Source: a virus (lineage: Duplodnaviria > Caudoviricetes). From it: a stretch of DNA of 48,287 bases. Every line of letters begins with the position of its first letter. The stretch's first letter is position 1. The stretch is from the IMG/VR virus record IMGVR_UViG_3300049896_000006, positions 1 to 48,287 of that record; one strand, given 5' to 3'. The translations under genes were made by a program, and so were the position numbers. Shown piece by piece: positions 34,273 through 42,800 of this stretch. The notes below the pieces were generated by a model. It saw only the letters and a program-made list of their open reading frames with translations, was not told where the DNA came from and made no database searches.

Positions 34273-34682
34273 GGGACGACGTCCAGGTGTGCCCAGACCC
34301 GCTTGCCCCAGTGCAGGCGGTCTGTGCCCCACTCCACGGCGAGCGTGTCGACGAGGACCAGGCCCCGCCCGTGCTCCATGCCGGCCGCCCGGCCAGCGAG
34401 GAGGGCGGGCATGATCCTGCTGCAGTCGGTCACCGCGATCCGTACGCCCGCCGGGCGGCGCGTCACGGTCAGCCGCAGCGACGTCCCCCTCGCGTGCACG
34501 ACCGCGTTCGTGACCAGCTCCGAGCAGACCAGGGCCGCATCGTCCACCAGGACGTCGAGGCTCCAGCAGGCGAGCGCCTCGACGGTCAGCCGCCGGGCCT
34601 TCGGTACGGCCGCCCGCTCACGGCCGAGGGACTCGGTGTAGGCGGGAGCCCCGATCCCGACAGCCCTCGCGGCCAGCATCAT
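34269..34682 (-). CDS. HATPase_c anti-sigma-like ATP-binding protein (RsbW/AbaA-like)
   Basis: SELVTNAVVHA, IAVTD, EHGRGLVLV, GKRVWA. Confidence 0.9.
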   Translation of the reverse strand: MMLAARAVGIGAPAYTESLGRERAAVPKARRLTVEALACWSLDVLVDDAALVCSELVTNAVVHARGTSLRLTVTRRPAGVRIAVTDCSRIMPALLAGRAAGMEHGRGLVLVDTLAVEWGTDRLHWGKRVWAHLDVVP

Positions 34683-35239
34683 GAGCCCCCTCCCCACTCT
34701 TCCCGCGCCGCACGGACCCGGCCGATCTCCGCGACCATGGCCAGCCGACCGGGCTGACACAGATCGCCCGGCCCATGCATCGCCACCGACCAGTAGGAGA
34801 GACCCACACCGGGCGCGAACAGGGCGGGCGAGGGCACGACGAGGGCGGACTGCCGGCCGAGGAACGTCGTGCTCTCCGCGGCCCAGTCGTGCTCAGCGCT
34901 CGCCGGGACCAGCGCGTAGTAGCGGCCTTCCCTCACCTCATGGAAGACGCCGCCGCCCTCAAGCGACTCGTCGAGGTAGACGGCGACCTTCACCGGGTTG
35001 CTCGTGCCGGCGGCCGCATGGACCAGCCAGTCGGGCAGGCAGACCGCCGAGAACAGCGTGCCGCAGTTGAGCAGGGCGCGGCCGGTGTCAACCCAGTTCT
35101 CACGCGCCTGCTCCAGATCGTGAGCGGCCTGCAGCAGCCATGTCCCGGCCGCCGCCGCCCGTTCCTCCGGGCTCACGTCCCGTGGTGCGGGCGGATTCCC
35201 GCCCACCGTTAGTCGCGGCTCGCGCGCTGATGTCGCCAT
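34679..35239 (-). CDS. Hypothetical protein, possibly primase-polymerase-like fold
   Basis: FSAVCLP...GGVFH...YYALVP...LVVPSP; ATGA-coupled to HATPase. Confidence 0.65.
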   Translation of the reverse strand: MATSAREPRLTVGGNPPAPRDVSPEERAAAAGTWLLQAAHDLEQARENWVDTGRALLNCGTLFSAVCLPDWLVHAAAGTSNPVKVAVYLDESLEGGGVFHEVREGRYYALVPASAEHDWAAESTTFLGRQSALVVPSPALFAPGVGLSYWSVAMHGPGDLCQPGRLAMVAEIGRVRAAREEWGGGS

Positions 35240-35372
35240 GGTGAAGCCCCCAACCGGCTCTGACGTTTGCAGTGATGGCGAGTACAACGGGCATTACCCT
35301 GAGTCAACTAGTACCGGCACAGGGCAACCTGTATAACCCGGTATAACGCCCTGGTTGGGAGGGTGGAGCACC

Positions 35373-36770
35373 ATGACAGATCACACTCGCGCGCGTAACG
35401 AGAAGCTGCACGAGGCCCTGAAGCAGGCCGATCTGACGTACGAACAGCTCGCGTCGATGGTCCGTCAGATCGCAGCCGGATGCGGCACCGAGCTGCGCAC
35501 GAACAGGTCCGCTGTCGGGTACTGGATAAGGGGCAACGACCCCGAGCCCGTGACGGCGACGTACATTGCTGAGGCGATCTCTCGCAGACTCGGCCGTCAC
35601 CTCACACCCAGCGACCTGGGGTTCAGGACTCCTGAACCGGACCGGGCCCGAGAGGCCGAGGTTGGGTTGGCCATCGGACCCGATCCAGTGGCCATGCTAC
35701 GGCGCATCGGGGAGGCAGACATCAACCGCAGGAAGATTTTGACAGGGGCGGCCTACAGCGTCGCCGCGGCGGCCCTGCCGCTGGGACGCGCCGAGGCCGC
35801 TGAGGCCCAGGCCAGAGCAACGACCGCCGCAGGACGCCTAGTCGGCGAGACAGACGTCGCCACCGTCCGGTCCATGCTGCGTGCCTTCACCGCGATCGAC
35901 GAAAGCCAGGGCGGCCGGCACGGCCGGTCAGCCGTCGTGCAGTACCTCCGCAGCGACGTCGCCGACCTCACCCGGGGTCGGTTCCTCAAAGAGTCCACCC
36001 GCGCCGACGCCCTCACCGCCGCCGCCGCGCTCACCTTCCTCGCCGGATGGAAGGCATACGACGCCGGCGAACACGGACTCGCCCAGCGCTACTACCTCCA
36101 GGCCCTCGGCCTGACCCGCGAGGCCGACCACCCACTGCACCAGGCATGGGTCCTGCGGATCATGGCGCACAACGGCATGGACGTCGACCAGCCCGCGCAC
36201 ACCCTCGACCTCGCGGACGCCGCTCTAGACCTCGCAAAGGACCGCGCGGACCCAGGCATGCTGTCCATGTTCGTCATCTGCCGCGCGCGAGCGCTCAGCT
36301 ACGCAGGCCGGGGCGCCGAGGCGGTCAGCGAGATCCGCCGCGCGCAGGACCTCGCAACGCGCGACGCCACCGGAGAGATCCCGTACTGGACGGCCCTCTT
36401 CGGACCGCCCCGCGCCGCCGTCTCGTCCCACGCGGCGAAGGTCTTCCGCACCCTGAGGGACCACGCCAACGCAGAGAAGCAGTACGGGGCGGCCGGCCGT
36501 GGCTACAGCCGCGCCGACGGCGGCCTCTCCCGCATCACCGCACTGTCCCTCGCCTCACAGGGCAAGGAACAGGCCGCACAGGGCCACCTGGAGCAGGCAT
36601 GCGGCACCTGGGACCAGGCCCTCACGTTCTTCGAGGGCGTCTACTCCGACCGCGCCGTCAAGCAGGTCGCAGGCATCCGCCGACAACTCGCCACGTTCGA
36701 GCGGCGAGGCGTGCGCGCTGCAGCGGAACTCGACGAGCGGGCCCGCACCTGGCAGTCCTGCTACGCCTGA
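35373..36770 (+). CDS. NsdA-like XRE-HTH + TPR-like transcriptional regulator
   Basis: RNEKL..AL...LASMV...SAVGYWIRG..P; INRRKIL; AGWKAYDAGEHGLAQRYYLQAL. Confidence 0.8.
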   Translation: MTDHTRARNEKLHEALKQADLTYEQLASMVRQIAAGCGTELRTNRSAVGYWIRGNDPEPVTATYIAEAISRRLGRHLTPSDLGFRTPEPDRAREAEVGLAIGPDPVAMLRRIGEADINRRKILTGAAYSVAAAALPLGRAEAAEAQARATTAAGRLVGETDVATVRSMLRAFTAIDESQGGRHGRSAVVQYLRSDVADLTRGRFLKESTRADALTAAAALTFLAGWKAYDAGEHGLAQRYYLQALGLTREADHPLHQAWVLRIMAHNGMDVDQPAHTLDLADAALDLAKDRADPGMLSMFVICRARALSYAGRGAEAVSEIRRAQDLATRDATGEIPYWTALFGPPRAAVSSHAAKVFRTLRDHANAEKQYGAAGRGYSRADGGLSRITALSLASQGKEQAAQGHLEQACGTWDQALTFFEGVYSDRAVKQVAGIRRQLATFERRGVRAAAELDERARTWQSCYA

Positions 36771-36776
36771 AGCCAC

Positions 36777-36798
36777 TGTCAGAGGCAGGCCGTAACGT
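36777..36798 (+). promoter_or_regulatory. PafBC/RecA-NDp-type DNA-damage promoter
   Basis: TGTCAG-N10-TAACGT, ATG 6 nt downstream. Confidence 0.65.
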
Positions 36799-36804
36799 GT
36801 GGGC

Positions 36805-36975
36805 ATGCCCCCCGCACAGACCCGCCCGGGTCCGGCCTGCCCTGCCCCGGAGGACATCAACAATGAGATCCGCCGCCTGATGACCCTGCCTCCCACCCCA
36901 GCCCGGACCGCCGAGTACGGCCGACTCCTCTGGCTGTGGGCTGCGGCCGCCGAAGATCTGGACGAAGCCGCCTGA
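36805..36975 (+). CDS. 56-aa hypothetical protein (not in ORF track)
   Basis: MPPAQTRPG...INNEIRRLM...EYGRLLWLWAAA; promoter before, hairpin after. Confidence 0.65.
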   Translation: MPPAQTRPGPACPAPEDINNEIRRLMTLPPTPARTAEYGRLLWLWAAAAEDLDEAA

Positions 36976-36982
36976 ACAGCGC

Positions 36983-37013
36983 TGGACCCCGCCCCGAGAC
37001 CGGGCGGGGTCCA
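36983..37013. terminator. Stem-loop between convergent genes
   Basis: TGGACCCCGCCC / GGGCGGGGTCCA. Confidence 0.65.
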
Positions 37014-37058
37014 ACTCGCACCTATGACGCCGTCACCATACGGGCACACATCCGCCCT

Positions 37059-37346
37059 TCACGTGAGGACCAGCGTCCGCCACGACTCCGGGCGTGGCGC
37101 GAGCTTGAACGCCTGAGACAGACAGAACACCGCCAGCACCGGCGCCGGCATCACCGCTTGAGCCCGCGCGCAGTCCAGGCACGAGACCTGACCCGTCCGC
37201 GTGCACACCCGCCGTCTCTCCTCGTCGACGGCGTGCGCCATCACCGGGTGCTCGCAGCGAGGGCACTGCGGGAGCCGGCCCCGCTCGATCTGGTCCAGCG
37301 CCCGGCCGACACTCAGGCGCAGCCGCCGCTTCCTGTGGACCTTCAT
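37059..37346 (-). CDS. Small Zn-finger protein
   Basis: CPRCEH...C...CLDC; AAGGAG RBS. Confidence 0.6.
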   Translation of the reverse strand: MKVHRKRRLRLSVGRALDQIERGRLPQCPRCEHPVMAHAVDEERRRVCTRTGQVSCLDCARAQAVMPAPVLAVFCLSQAFKLAPRPESWRTLVLT

Positions 37347-37744
37347 GACGCTCCTTGCGTGGGGATCTTCCGGCCCGGGTGCACGGCGGCGAAGTGGTCA
37401 CGGATAGCGGTCTCGATCCGGGCACGCATGACGGCCGCCCGCTCGTCGGCGCGTTCCGTGAGGACCTGGCCGATACTGCCGAGGTCGTCGACCCGGATAC
37501 TGAACGGCTCACACAGCCACTCGCCCACGTCCTCGACGTGCGCCCAGCCACAGCCAAGCGCACACGGGTACCGGGCCTCGCCGCACCAGCCGAAGGGCTT
37601 GCCCTGCGGGTACTCGGGCATCGGGATGATCGTGGGCTCGGGCCGCGGTGCATCCCGAGCCGCTTCCAGCATCGCGAGGTCCTCGGCCGGTGACCGCTGC
37701 GGCAGGCGGGCGAGGAACTCGTCAAGCTCCGAGACCTCAGCCAC
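37343..37744 (-). CDS. Hypothetical protein
   Basis: CALGCGW...H...H; start re-called at GTG 37744. Confidence 0.55.
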   Translation of the reverse strand: MAEVSELDEFLARLPQRSPAEDLAMLEAARDAPRPEPTIIPMPEYPQGKPFGWCGEARYPCALGCGWAHVEDVGEWLCEPFSIRVDDLGSIGQVLTERADERAAVMRARIETAIRDHFAAVHPGRKIPTQGAS

Positions 37745-37967
37745 GACGGCCGCCGAACAGAAGAGCGCCCCGCTGAACGGGGGAATCAGCGAGGCGTGAC
37801 GCCAGCATGGCACCGCCCTCGACGTCAGGGGCGAGAACGCCAAAACTGCGGAGGGCATCGCTCACGATCGTCCGCTGGCCGTGCTCCGTGAGGTCGATCA
37901 GGCAGCTGCCTTCCGCGCCGGCGCTGATGGCGTCCACGTCATGCTGTGTCAGGTGAAGAGTCGTCAT
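37737..37967 (-). CDS. Small hypothetical protein
   Basis: GGAGG RBS; 76 aa. Confidence 0.55.
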   Translation of the reverse strand: MTTLHLTQHDVDAISAGAEGSCLIDLTEHGQRTIVSDALRSFGVLAPDVEGGAMLASRLADSPVQRGALLFGGRRG

Positions 37968-38051
37968 CGTTTCCTCCCGCGTGCGAGCAGCGGCACAGCA
38001 TGCCAGAAACGGCAGGCCGTCCGCCCCCGGCGCGAGGGGCGGACGGCGGTC

Positions 38052-38447
38052 TCAGACCCCGGCAGGCGGGGGCGGATGCGGGGGTTCGCCGTCGCGCTGC
38101 CGGCACTGGTCGTCATCCGCCGGCAGCATCCGGGCAAGCTGACAGTTCACCAGGTCGACCGCGTCTCTCAGGGACTCCCCACTGTTCGGCTGCAACTCAT
38201 GGTGTACGCCCTGCATACGGGCCTCAATGCCCTGCACGCGAGCCAGGACGCCGGGCCGGGCCGGGACCCCCGGACGGCCCTCCTGTCCGTACCAGTCGTC
38301 AAAGAACTGGTTGACCCGCCGACCGATCCGGACGGCCGCGCGCACGAACCGCCACAGGCCCGTGCCCAGGCTGATGACCACCGTCGCGACGGTCGCCCAC
38401 ACGAGGGCGGCGTCGAGGGCCGGGATCCCGGTGGGGTCGGGCATCAC
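38052..38447 (-). CDS. Single-TM lysis-cassette protein
   Basis: TM then DDWYG..RPGVPARPGV...ELQPNSGESLRDAV; GTGA-coupled to holin. Confidence 0.7.
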   Translation of the reverse strand: MMPDPTGIPALDAALVWATVATVVISLGTGLWRFVRAAVRIGRRVNQFFDDWYGQEGRPGVPARPGVLARVQGIEARMQGVHHELQPNSGESLRDAVDLVNCQLARMLPADDDQCRQRDGEPPHPPPPAGV

Positions 38448-38671
38448 CGGCGTGCCATCCGTGGCGTGTGCCGGGCGAGCCACCCCGCACGGAAGCTGAG
38501 CCCGGCAGGGATCAGCGCAAGAAACGGCGCGGTCACCATGTCAGGGATCCCCGTGACCAGCTGGATACCGCGGTGGCCGGCCGCGATGACCGTGAGCAAG
38601 CTCGCCGTCGCCAGATACGCCACGGTCGCCGCGACGGTCACCTTCGTCTCCACCGGCGCATGCCTGGACAC
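38444..38671 (-). CDS. Holin
   Basis: APVETKVT.A..AYL, two TM segments, GWLARHTPR; directly after endolysin. Confidence 0.75.
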   Translation of the reverse strand: MSRHAPVETKVTVAATVAYLATASLLTVIAAGHRGIQLVTGIPDMVTAPFLALIPAGLSFRAGWLARHTPRMARR

Positions 38672-38675
38672 CCGC

Positions 38676-39563
38676 TCACCCACCCGGCGTCTGGAGCGCG
38701 TCACCGAGGACGTCGAGGGCAGCGCGCGCGCCGGCCTCCGCCGCGGCCTTGGCCTCCTCGACCGTCAGCCCGCCACCCGCCACCAGCTTGGCGAGCACGG
38801 CATCCTGAGCGGCGCCCTGGGCGAGGACCTGCCGAACCCCGGCCTCGAGCCCGCGCACTCTCTTCCCCTCATCGAGCAGGATCGAAGCGGGCGCCCACTG
38901 CGGGTTGTCCTTCGTCGTCCACTCCGGAGGGACAGCAACCACACCGTCCGTCAGCCACGCTGCGCGCGCGATGCCGGCCAGCACGCCGTCGACGACCTTC
39001 TTGATCTCTGCGTCCGTGAGTGCCACGGTCTCCCCTCTCACCCGGGCGACGATCCCCGGGAACACGACCTGCTTGAACTGAGCGATCCGGGCGCCGCCGG
39101 GGCACTTGGTGCCGCCCGACGACCACTGAGGGAACATCGAGTGCCACCCGTACCCGGGGTCGCTGTGCGTGCGGCACAGCCGCAGGGGGACAGTCGGATG
39201 CGTCTCGTGCACCCACGCCCCGAACCGGATCAGGGTCTCGATCTGCGCGCCCGTCCACGGATCCGTGTGGTCAAGGTTGCTCGCCGTCTCCACCGACACC
39301 GCTCCGGTCCCATCCGCCCGCAGGTTCGCGCCCGCGTTCGCGTCCGCCCTCGTCTGCGTCCCGATGAACTGGGCCACCGACCCGTCGTATCCGACCGCGA
39401 GATGGCTCTCTAGGTTCGTGCTGTCCCGCCAGTACTCGTACGTACGCCCCGGCGTCCAGGGCGCGGCCAGGCTGTGCGCGATGAGCTGCGTCGGGACGAT
39501 CGCCGGCTGATCGTCGCTCTCGGGCTGGAGCTCCAGCCGCTTCGCACCCGCCCACCAGGCCAT
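38676..39563 (-). CDS. Endolysin, N-acetylmuramoyl-L-alanine amidase type 2
   Basis: LIAHS, ESHLAV, SVET, GWH...KCPG Zn ligands; start ATG 39563. Confidence 0.88.
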   Translation of the reverse strand: MAWWAGAKRLELQPESDDQPAIVPTQLIAHSLAAPWTPGRTYEYWRDSTNLESHLAVGYDGSVAQFIGTQTRADANAGANLRADGTGAVSVETASNLDHTDPWTGAQIETLIRFGAWVHETHPTVPLRLCRTHSDPGYGWHSMFPQWSSGGTKCPGGARIAQFKQVVFPGIVARVRGETVALTDAEIKKVVDGVLAGIARAAWLTDGVVAVPPEWTTKDNPQWAPASILLDEGKRVRGLEAGVRQVLAQGAAQDAVLAKLVAGGGLTVEEAKAAAEAGARAALDVLGDALQTPGG

Positions 39564-39835
39564 CAGACACGCTCCCAGTCGTCGGCGAGGGCATCGGTCT
39601 GGCTGATCACCCACGGCACGAAGTCGCCCCCGACGGTGCGGAGCATCAGGTACGGCAGGAACCGGCACACGGTCCCCTCCACGAGGCCCGTCGCCGCCGC
39701 GGTGTTCGAGTTGATGGGGATGCCGTCGGGGTAGCCCGCCTGGTGCACGACCCACATGCCCGTACCGTTCCACCCCGCCCGCGTGATGCGGGCACCGTCC
39801 CTGACCGCCGCGCGCAGCGCCTCCCCGATGTCCAC
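39563..39835 (-). CDS. DUF2829 / Tad2-like protein
   Basis: 90 aa; IGEAL...G.RITRAGWNG.GMW...PYLM...VPW..SQTDALADDW. Confidence 0.85.
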   Translation of the reverse strand: MDIGEALRAAVRDGARITRAGWNGTGMWVVHQAGYPDGIPINSNTAAATGLVEGTVCRFLPYLMLRTVGGDFVPWVISQTDALADDWERV

Positions 39836-39836
39836 C

Positions 39837-40121
39837 TCAGCTCTCCATCTGGTGCCCGGACAGGCGGGCCGCGGTCTCCTCGGGGATGCCGACCGCGCAG
39901 AGCGCCTCGTAGTCGCCCTGCGTCCGGCGCCGGTCCTCCGCAGCGAGGCCGCCCACATACTCCTCGTGCGCCGTGGTGATCCCGGCGAGCAGCTTGGCGT
40001 GCTCCTTCTCGCTGATCCTGGCCATGCCCTCGGGCACGGCCACGGAGTCGGCGCCGCCGTTCGTGACGACCGTCTTCACCGCCCCGCTGGCGGCCTTGAA
40101 GTACAGGGTGGTCTCGCTCAC
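39837..40121 (-). CDS. Small tail-fibre partner/chaperone-like protein, copy 2
   Basis: Paralogue of 41111..41419; follows fibre-like gene. Confidence 0.7.
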   Translation of the reverse strand: MSETTLYFKAASGAVKTVVTNGGADSVAVPEGMARISEKEHAKLLAGITTAHEEYVGGLAAEDRRRTQGDYEALCAVGIPEETAARLSGHQMES

Positions 40122-40133
40122 GCGGTGCCTCCT

Positions 40134-41051
40134 CTACAGGTTGAAAATGAACGCGCGGTGGGCAACCTGGATGCGGCTGTACGTCGCCCCTCCGAACCCG
40201 CCGCCGAGACGGATATCGATCGAGTCGTTGACGTTCCCACCTGCGGGAATCGTCGCGTTGAAGACCTTCGTCACCTGCACGTGGACGTCGTTCATGGTGG
40301 TTGTGCCTTTGTTCTCCATCCGCACCATGTCGTCGTTGTTCAGGGAGTAGATCCCGCCCGAGTTCGCCGGCAGCGTCAGGTCGACGTCCAGCTCGATCTC
40401 AGTGATGAGGAACGCCGGCCGACAGGCGTCCGGGTTCGCGATCGGCATCGTGTCGGTCTCGATCGTCACCTGTAGAGCGGCCGGCACCGCCACGTCGGCG
40501 TAGTTCGTCGTGCTGAACTGCTGCTGGAAAGTCGCCTGGGACCGCGGCTCGCCGCGCAGGGTCCCGGTGTCGTCGCAGTAGACCCGCCCAGCGTTCGCCT
40601 CAACGTCGCACGCATACGGCCACGCTCCGACCGCGACGGCGAGAGGATCACCCACCGCCCCCGTGCCGGTGAGCCCGCAATCCGTCGTCACGTTGGCGCC
40701 GCCCGTCGCAGCGATCACACCCGTGACCGGGTCGTAGTCGATCCCGGGCCCCTCGGACAGACACTCCCGCACCGACGCGCAGTCGGTATCGACGTACAGC
40801 CCGCCGTCCGGCGCGAACTCCACCAGGTTGCCCGGGGCCGGGGACAGCCGCGCCGAGATGATCCCCGACGTCTGGTTGTACGCCGCGCCCTTGCCTGCCG
40901 ACATACACGGCCGTACCTGCTCGCAGTCGATCGTGTCGATAGCGACGACGTACGGGCTCCCCGGCGTACCACTGCCGGTGACGCTCACGCCCGTACCGGC
41001 CTGCACCGAACAGTTACAGGTCTCGACCGCGGAACAGCCACAGCGTGCCAA
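40134..41051 (-). CDS. Cys-rich tail fibre-like protein, copy 2
   Basis: TTG start gives MARCGC..., matching 41431..42555; about 1.5 internal repeats. Confidence 0.75.
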   Translation of the reverse strand: MARCGCSAVETCNCSVQAGTGVSVTGSGTPGSPYVVAIDTIDCEQVRPCMSAGKGAAYNQTSGIISARLSPAPGNLVEFAPDGGLYVDTDCASVRECLSEGPGIDYDPVTGVIAATGGANVTTDCGLTGTGAVGDPLAVAVGAWPYACDVEANAGRVYCDDTGTLRGEPRSQATFQQQFSTTNYADVAVPAALQVTIETDTMPIANPDACRPAFLITEIELDVDLTLPANSGGIYSLNNDDMVRMENKGTTTMNDVHVQVTKVFNATIPAGGNVNDSIDIRLGGGFGGATYSRIQVAHRAFIFNL

Positions 41052-41079
41052 GGGGTATCTCCCGCACCTCGGAAGTCGC

Positions 41080-41113
41080 CCGGCCCACAACCAGCGGCAG
41101 CACAAGGAGTCTA
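41080..41113 (-). promoter_or_regulatory. -10 box plus 17-bp leader motif
   Basis: TAGACT-N11-CGCTGGTTGTGGGCCGG; motif ends 29 nt from start. Confidence 0.8.
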
Positions 41114-41419
41114 CGGCGTGACGACCCCGGCCCCCGCGTCGAGCGAGGCGAGCCCCGACAACCGCCGCGCCGTCACCTCGGGGATGCCGCAGGCCCGCAG
41201 GGCGTCGAAGTCGTCCGTGGCCCGCCGCCGATCGTCCGCGGTGATCGCCGCCACACGCGCCGCCCTCGCCTCGGTCATCACCGCGAGCAACTGGTCATGC
41301 TCCTCCACCGTGATCCTGGTCATACCCTCAGGCGGCACCACCTCGTCCTCACCGGCCGAGGTAGTGATGCGCTTCACCGCTCCCTCGTCACTGCGGAAGT
41401 ACAGAATGCTGTCGGTCAC
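41111..41419 (-). CDS. Small tail-fibre partner/chaperone-like protein, copy 1
   Basis: MTDSILYFRS...GIPEVTARRLSG. Confidence 0.7.
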   Translation of the reverse strand: MTDSILYFRSDEGAVKRITTSAGEDEVVPPEGMTRITVEEHDQLLAVMTEARAARVAAITADDRRRATDDFDALRACGIPEVTARRLSGLASLDAGAGVVTP

Positions 41420-41430
41420 TTGCGCGCCCC

Positions 41431-42555
41431 TTACAGGCTGAAGACCCACGCGCGGTGGATCGTCTGGATACGGGAGTACGTCGCCCCGCCGAAGCCCCCG
41501 CCGATACGGACCTCGATCGGGTCGACGATCGCGCCGCCCGCCGGGATCGTCGCCCGGAAGACCTTCGTGACTTGCCAGTGGACGTCATTCATCAGGGCGG
41601 CGCCCCTGTTCTCCATCCGCACCATGTCATCGGCCGCGATGCCATAGATCCCGCCCGAGTTCGCGGGCAGGTCCATGTCGACGTCGACCTCCGTCTCGAT
41701 GATCACGATGGCCTCCCGGCACGGGTCCGGGTTGGGGATGGCCAGGTTGTCGGTGACGATCGTCACCGTCGCCCCCGCCGGGACCGGCACATTGGCGAAG
41801 TTCGTGACGTCGAACTGCTGCACAAAGCTGGCCTGACCGCGTGGCTCGCTGCGGAGTAGCCCCGCGCTGTCGCAGTACACGAGACCGGCGCCATCGTCGA
41901 CGGGGCAGGGCAGCGTCCAAGGGCTCGTGGCGGCGGTCACCGGCGTAGCCGCCGAGCCGTCACCTGTGAGGCCACAGCCGGTGGTCACCGTCGCGGGCGG
42001 GACGAACAAGCCGCCGTCTCCGCCGAAGGTGACTGTGTTACCGACGTCGGTCGACGGGCGGGCCGAGACGACACCGGTCGCCGGCACGAACGCCGCACCC
42101 TGCCCGGCCGAGATGCACGCGCGGACCGTGGCACAGTCGACCGCCCCGGCCGCAGCGAACAGGCCGCCGTCCCCGCCGAAGGTGACCGTGTTCCCCGGGT
42201 CCGTCGACGGCCGGGCAGAGATCTGCCCAGTGACCGGGTCGTAGTCGATACCCGGGCCCTCGCTCAGGCAGGACCGCACCGACGCACAGTCCGTCTCGAC
42301 GAACAGCCCGCCGTCCCCGCCGAACTCCACCAGGTTGCCCGGGTCGGTCGAAGGCCGCGCCGAGACCACGCCGCTCGCCGCACTGTAGGCCGCACCGTTG
42401 CCGGCCGAGATGCACGGTCGGACAGCCGAACAGGGAGGGTCGTCCGCGCTCACCACGAACGGGTTCGTCGACGAGCCGCTACCCGTGACAGTCGTCCCCG
42501 TCCCGGCCTCGACGAAGCAATTGCAGGAGCCGCCTCCACATCCGCACCTCGCCAT
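41431..42555 (-). CDS. Cys-rich tail fibre-like protein, copy 1
   Basis: Three repeats of about 48-51 aa (CxxVRxC...SARPSTDxGN...GGDGGLF); beta-rich C-terminus. Confidence 0.78.
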   Translation of the reverse strand: MARCGCGGGSCNCFVEAGTGTTVTGSGSSTNPFVVSADDPPCSAVRPCISAGNGAAYSAASGVVSARPSTDPGNLVEFGGDGGLFVETDCASVRSCLSEGPGIDYDPVTGQISARPSTDPGNTVTFGGDGGLFAAAGAVDCATVRACISAGQGAAFVPATGVVSARPSTDVGNTVTFGGDGGLFVPPATVTTGCGLTGDGSAATPVTAATSPWTLPCPVDDGAGLVYCDSAGLLRSEPRGQASFVQQFDVTNFANVPVPAGATVTIVTDNLAIPNPDPCREAIVIIETEVDVDMDLPANSGGIYGIAADDMVRMENRGAALMNDVHWQVTKVFRATIPAGGAIVDPIEVRIGGGFGGATYSRIQTIHRAWVFSL

Positions 42556-42584
42556 GGGGTCACCTCTTCCGTGATGGACGAGGC

Positions 42585-42618
42585 CCGGCCCACAACCAGC
42601 GGCGTCCCGACGAGTCTA
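42585..42618 (-). promoter_or_regulatory. -10 box plus 17-bp leader motif
   Basis: TAGACT-N11-CGCTGGTTGTGGGCCGG; 30 nt from ATG 42555. Confidence 0.8.
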
Positions 42619-42619
42619 C

Positions 42620-42800
42620 GGGCGGACACCGCCCGGACATTGTCCGGACAGTGCCCGCGGAGGTGTCCGCCCATGTCCGCCCGCCGTGTCCGGCAACCCT
42701 GTGACCAGCGCGGACACTGTCCCGGACACCGTGTCCGCAAGCTGTCCGGAGCGGTGTCCTACGGACACTGTGTCCAGGCCGTTCGGACACCGTGTCCGGA
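42620..42800. repeat. TGTCCGGACA-family cluster D (intergenic)
   Basis: TGTCCGGACA 42641 and more than ten TGTCC/GGACA half-sites. Confidence 0.85.

Noticed and set aside
35700-35810. Tat signal (RRKIL) in the regulator
   Set aside because: Internal, after an HTH domain, so not an N-terminal export signal
39837-42555. Diversity-generating retroelement or invertible tail-fibre switch
   Set aside because: No reverse transcriptase or invertase in the window; copies are direct and diverged throughout
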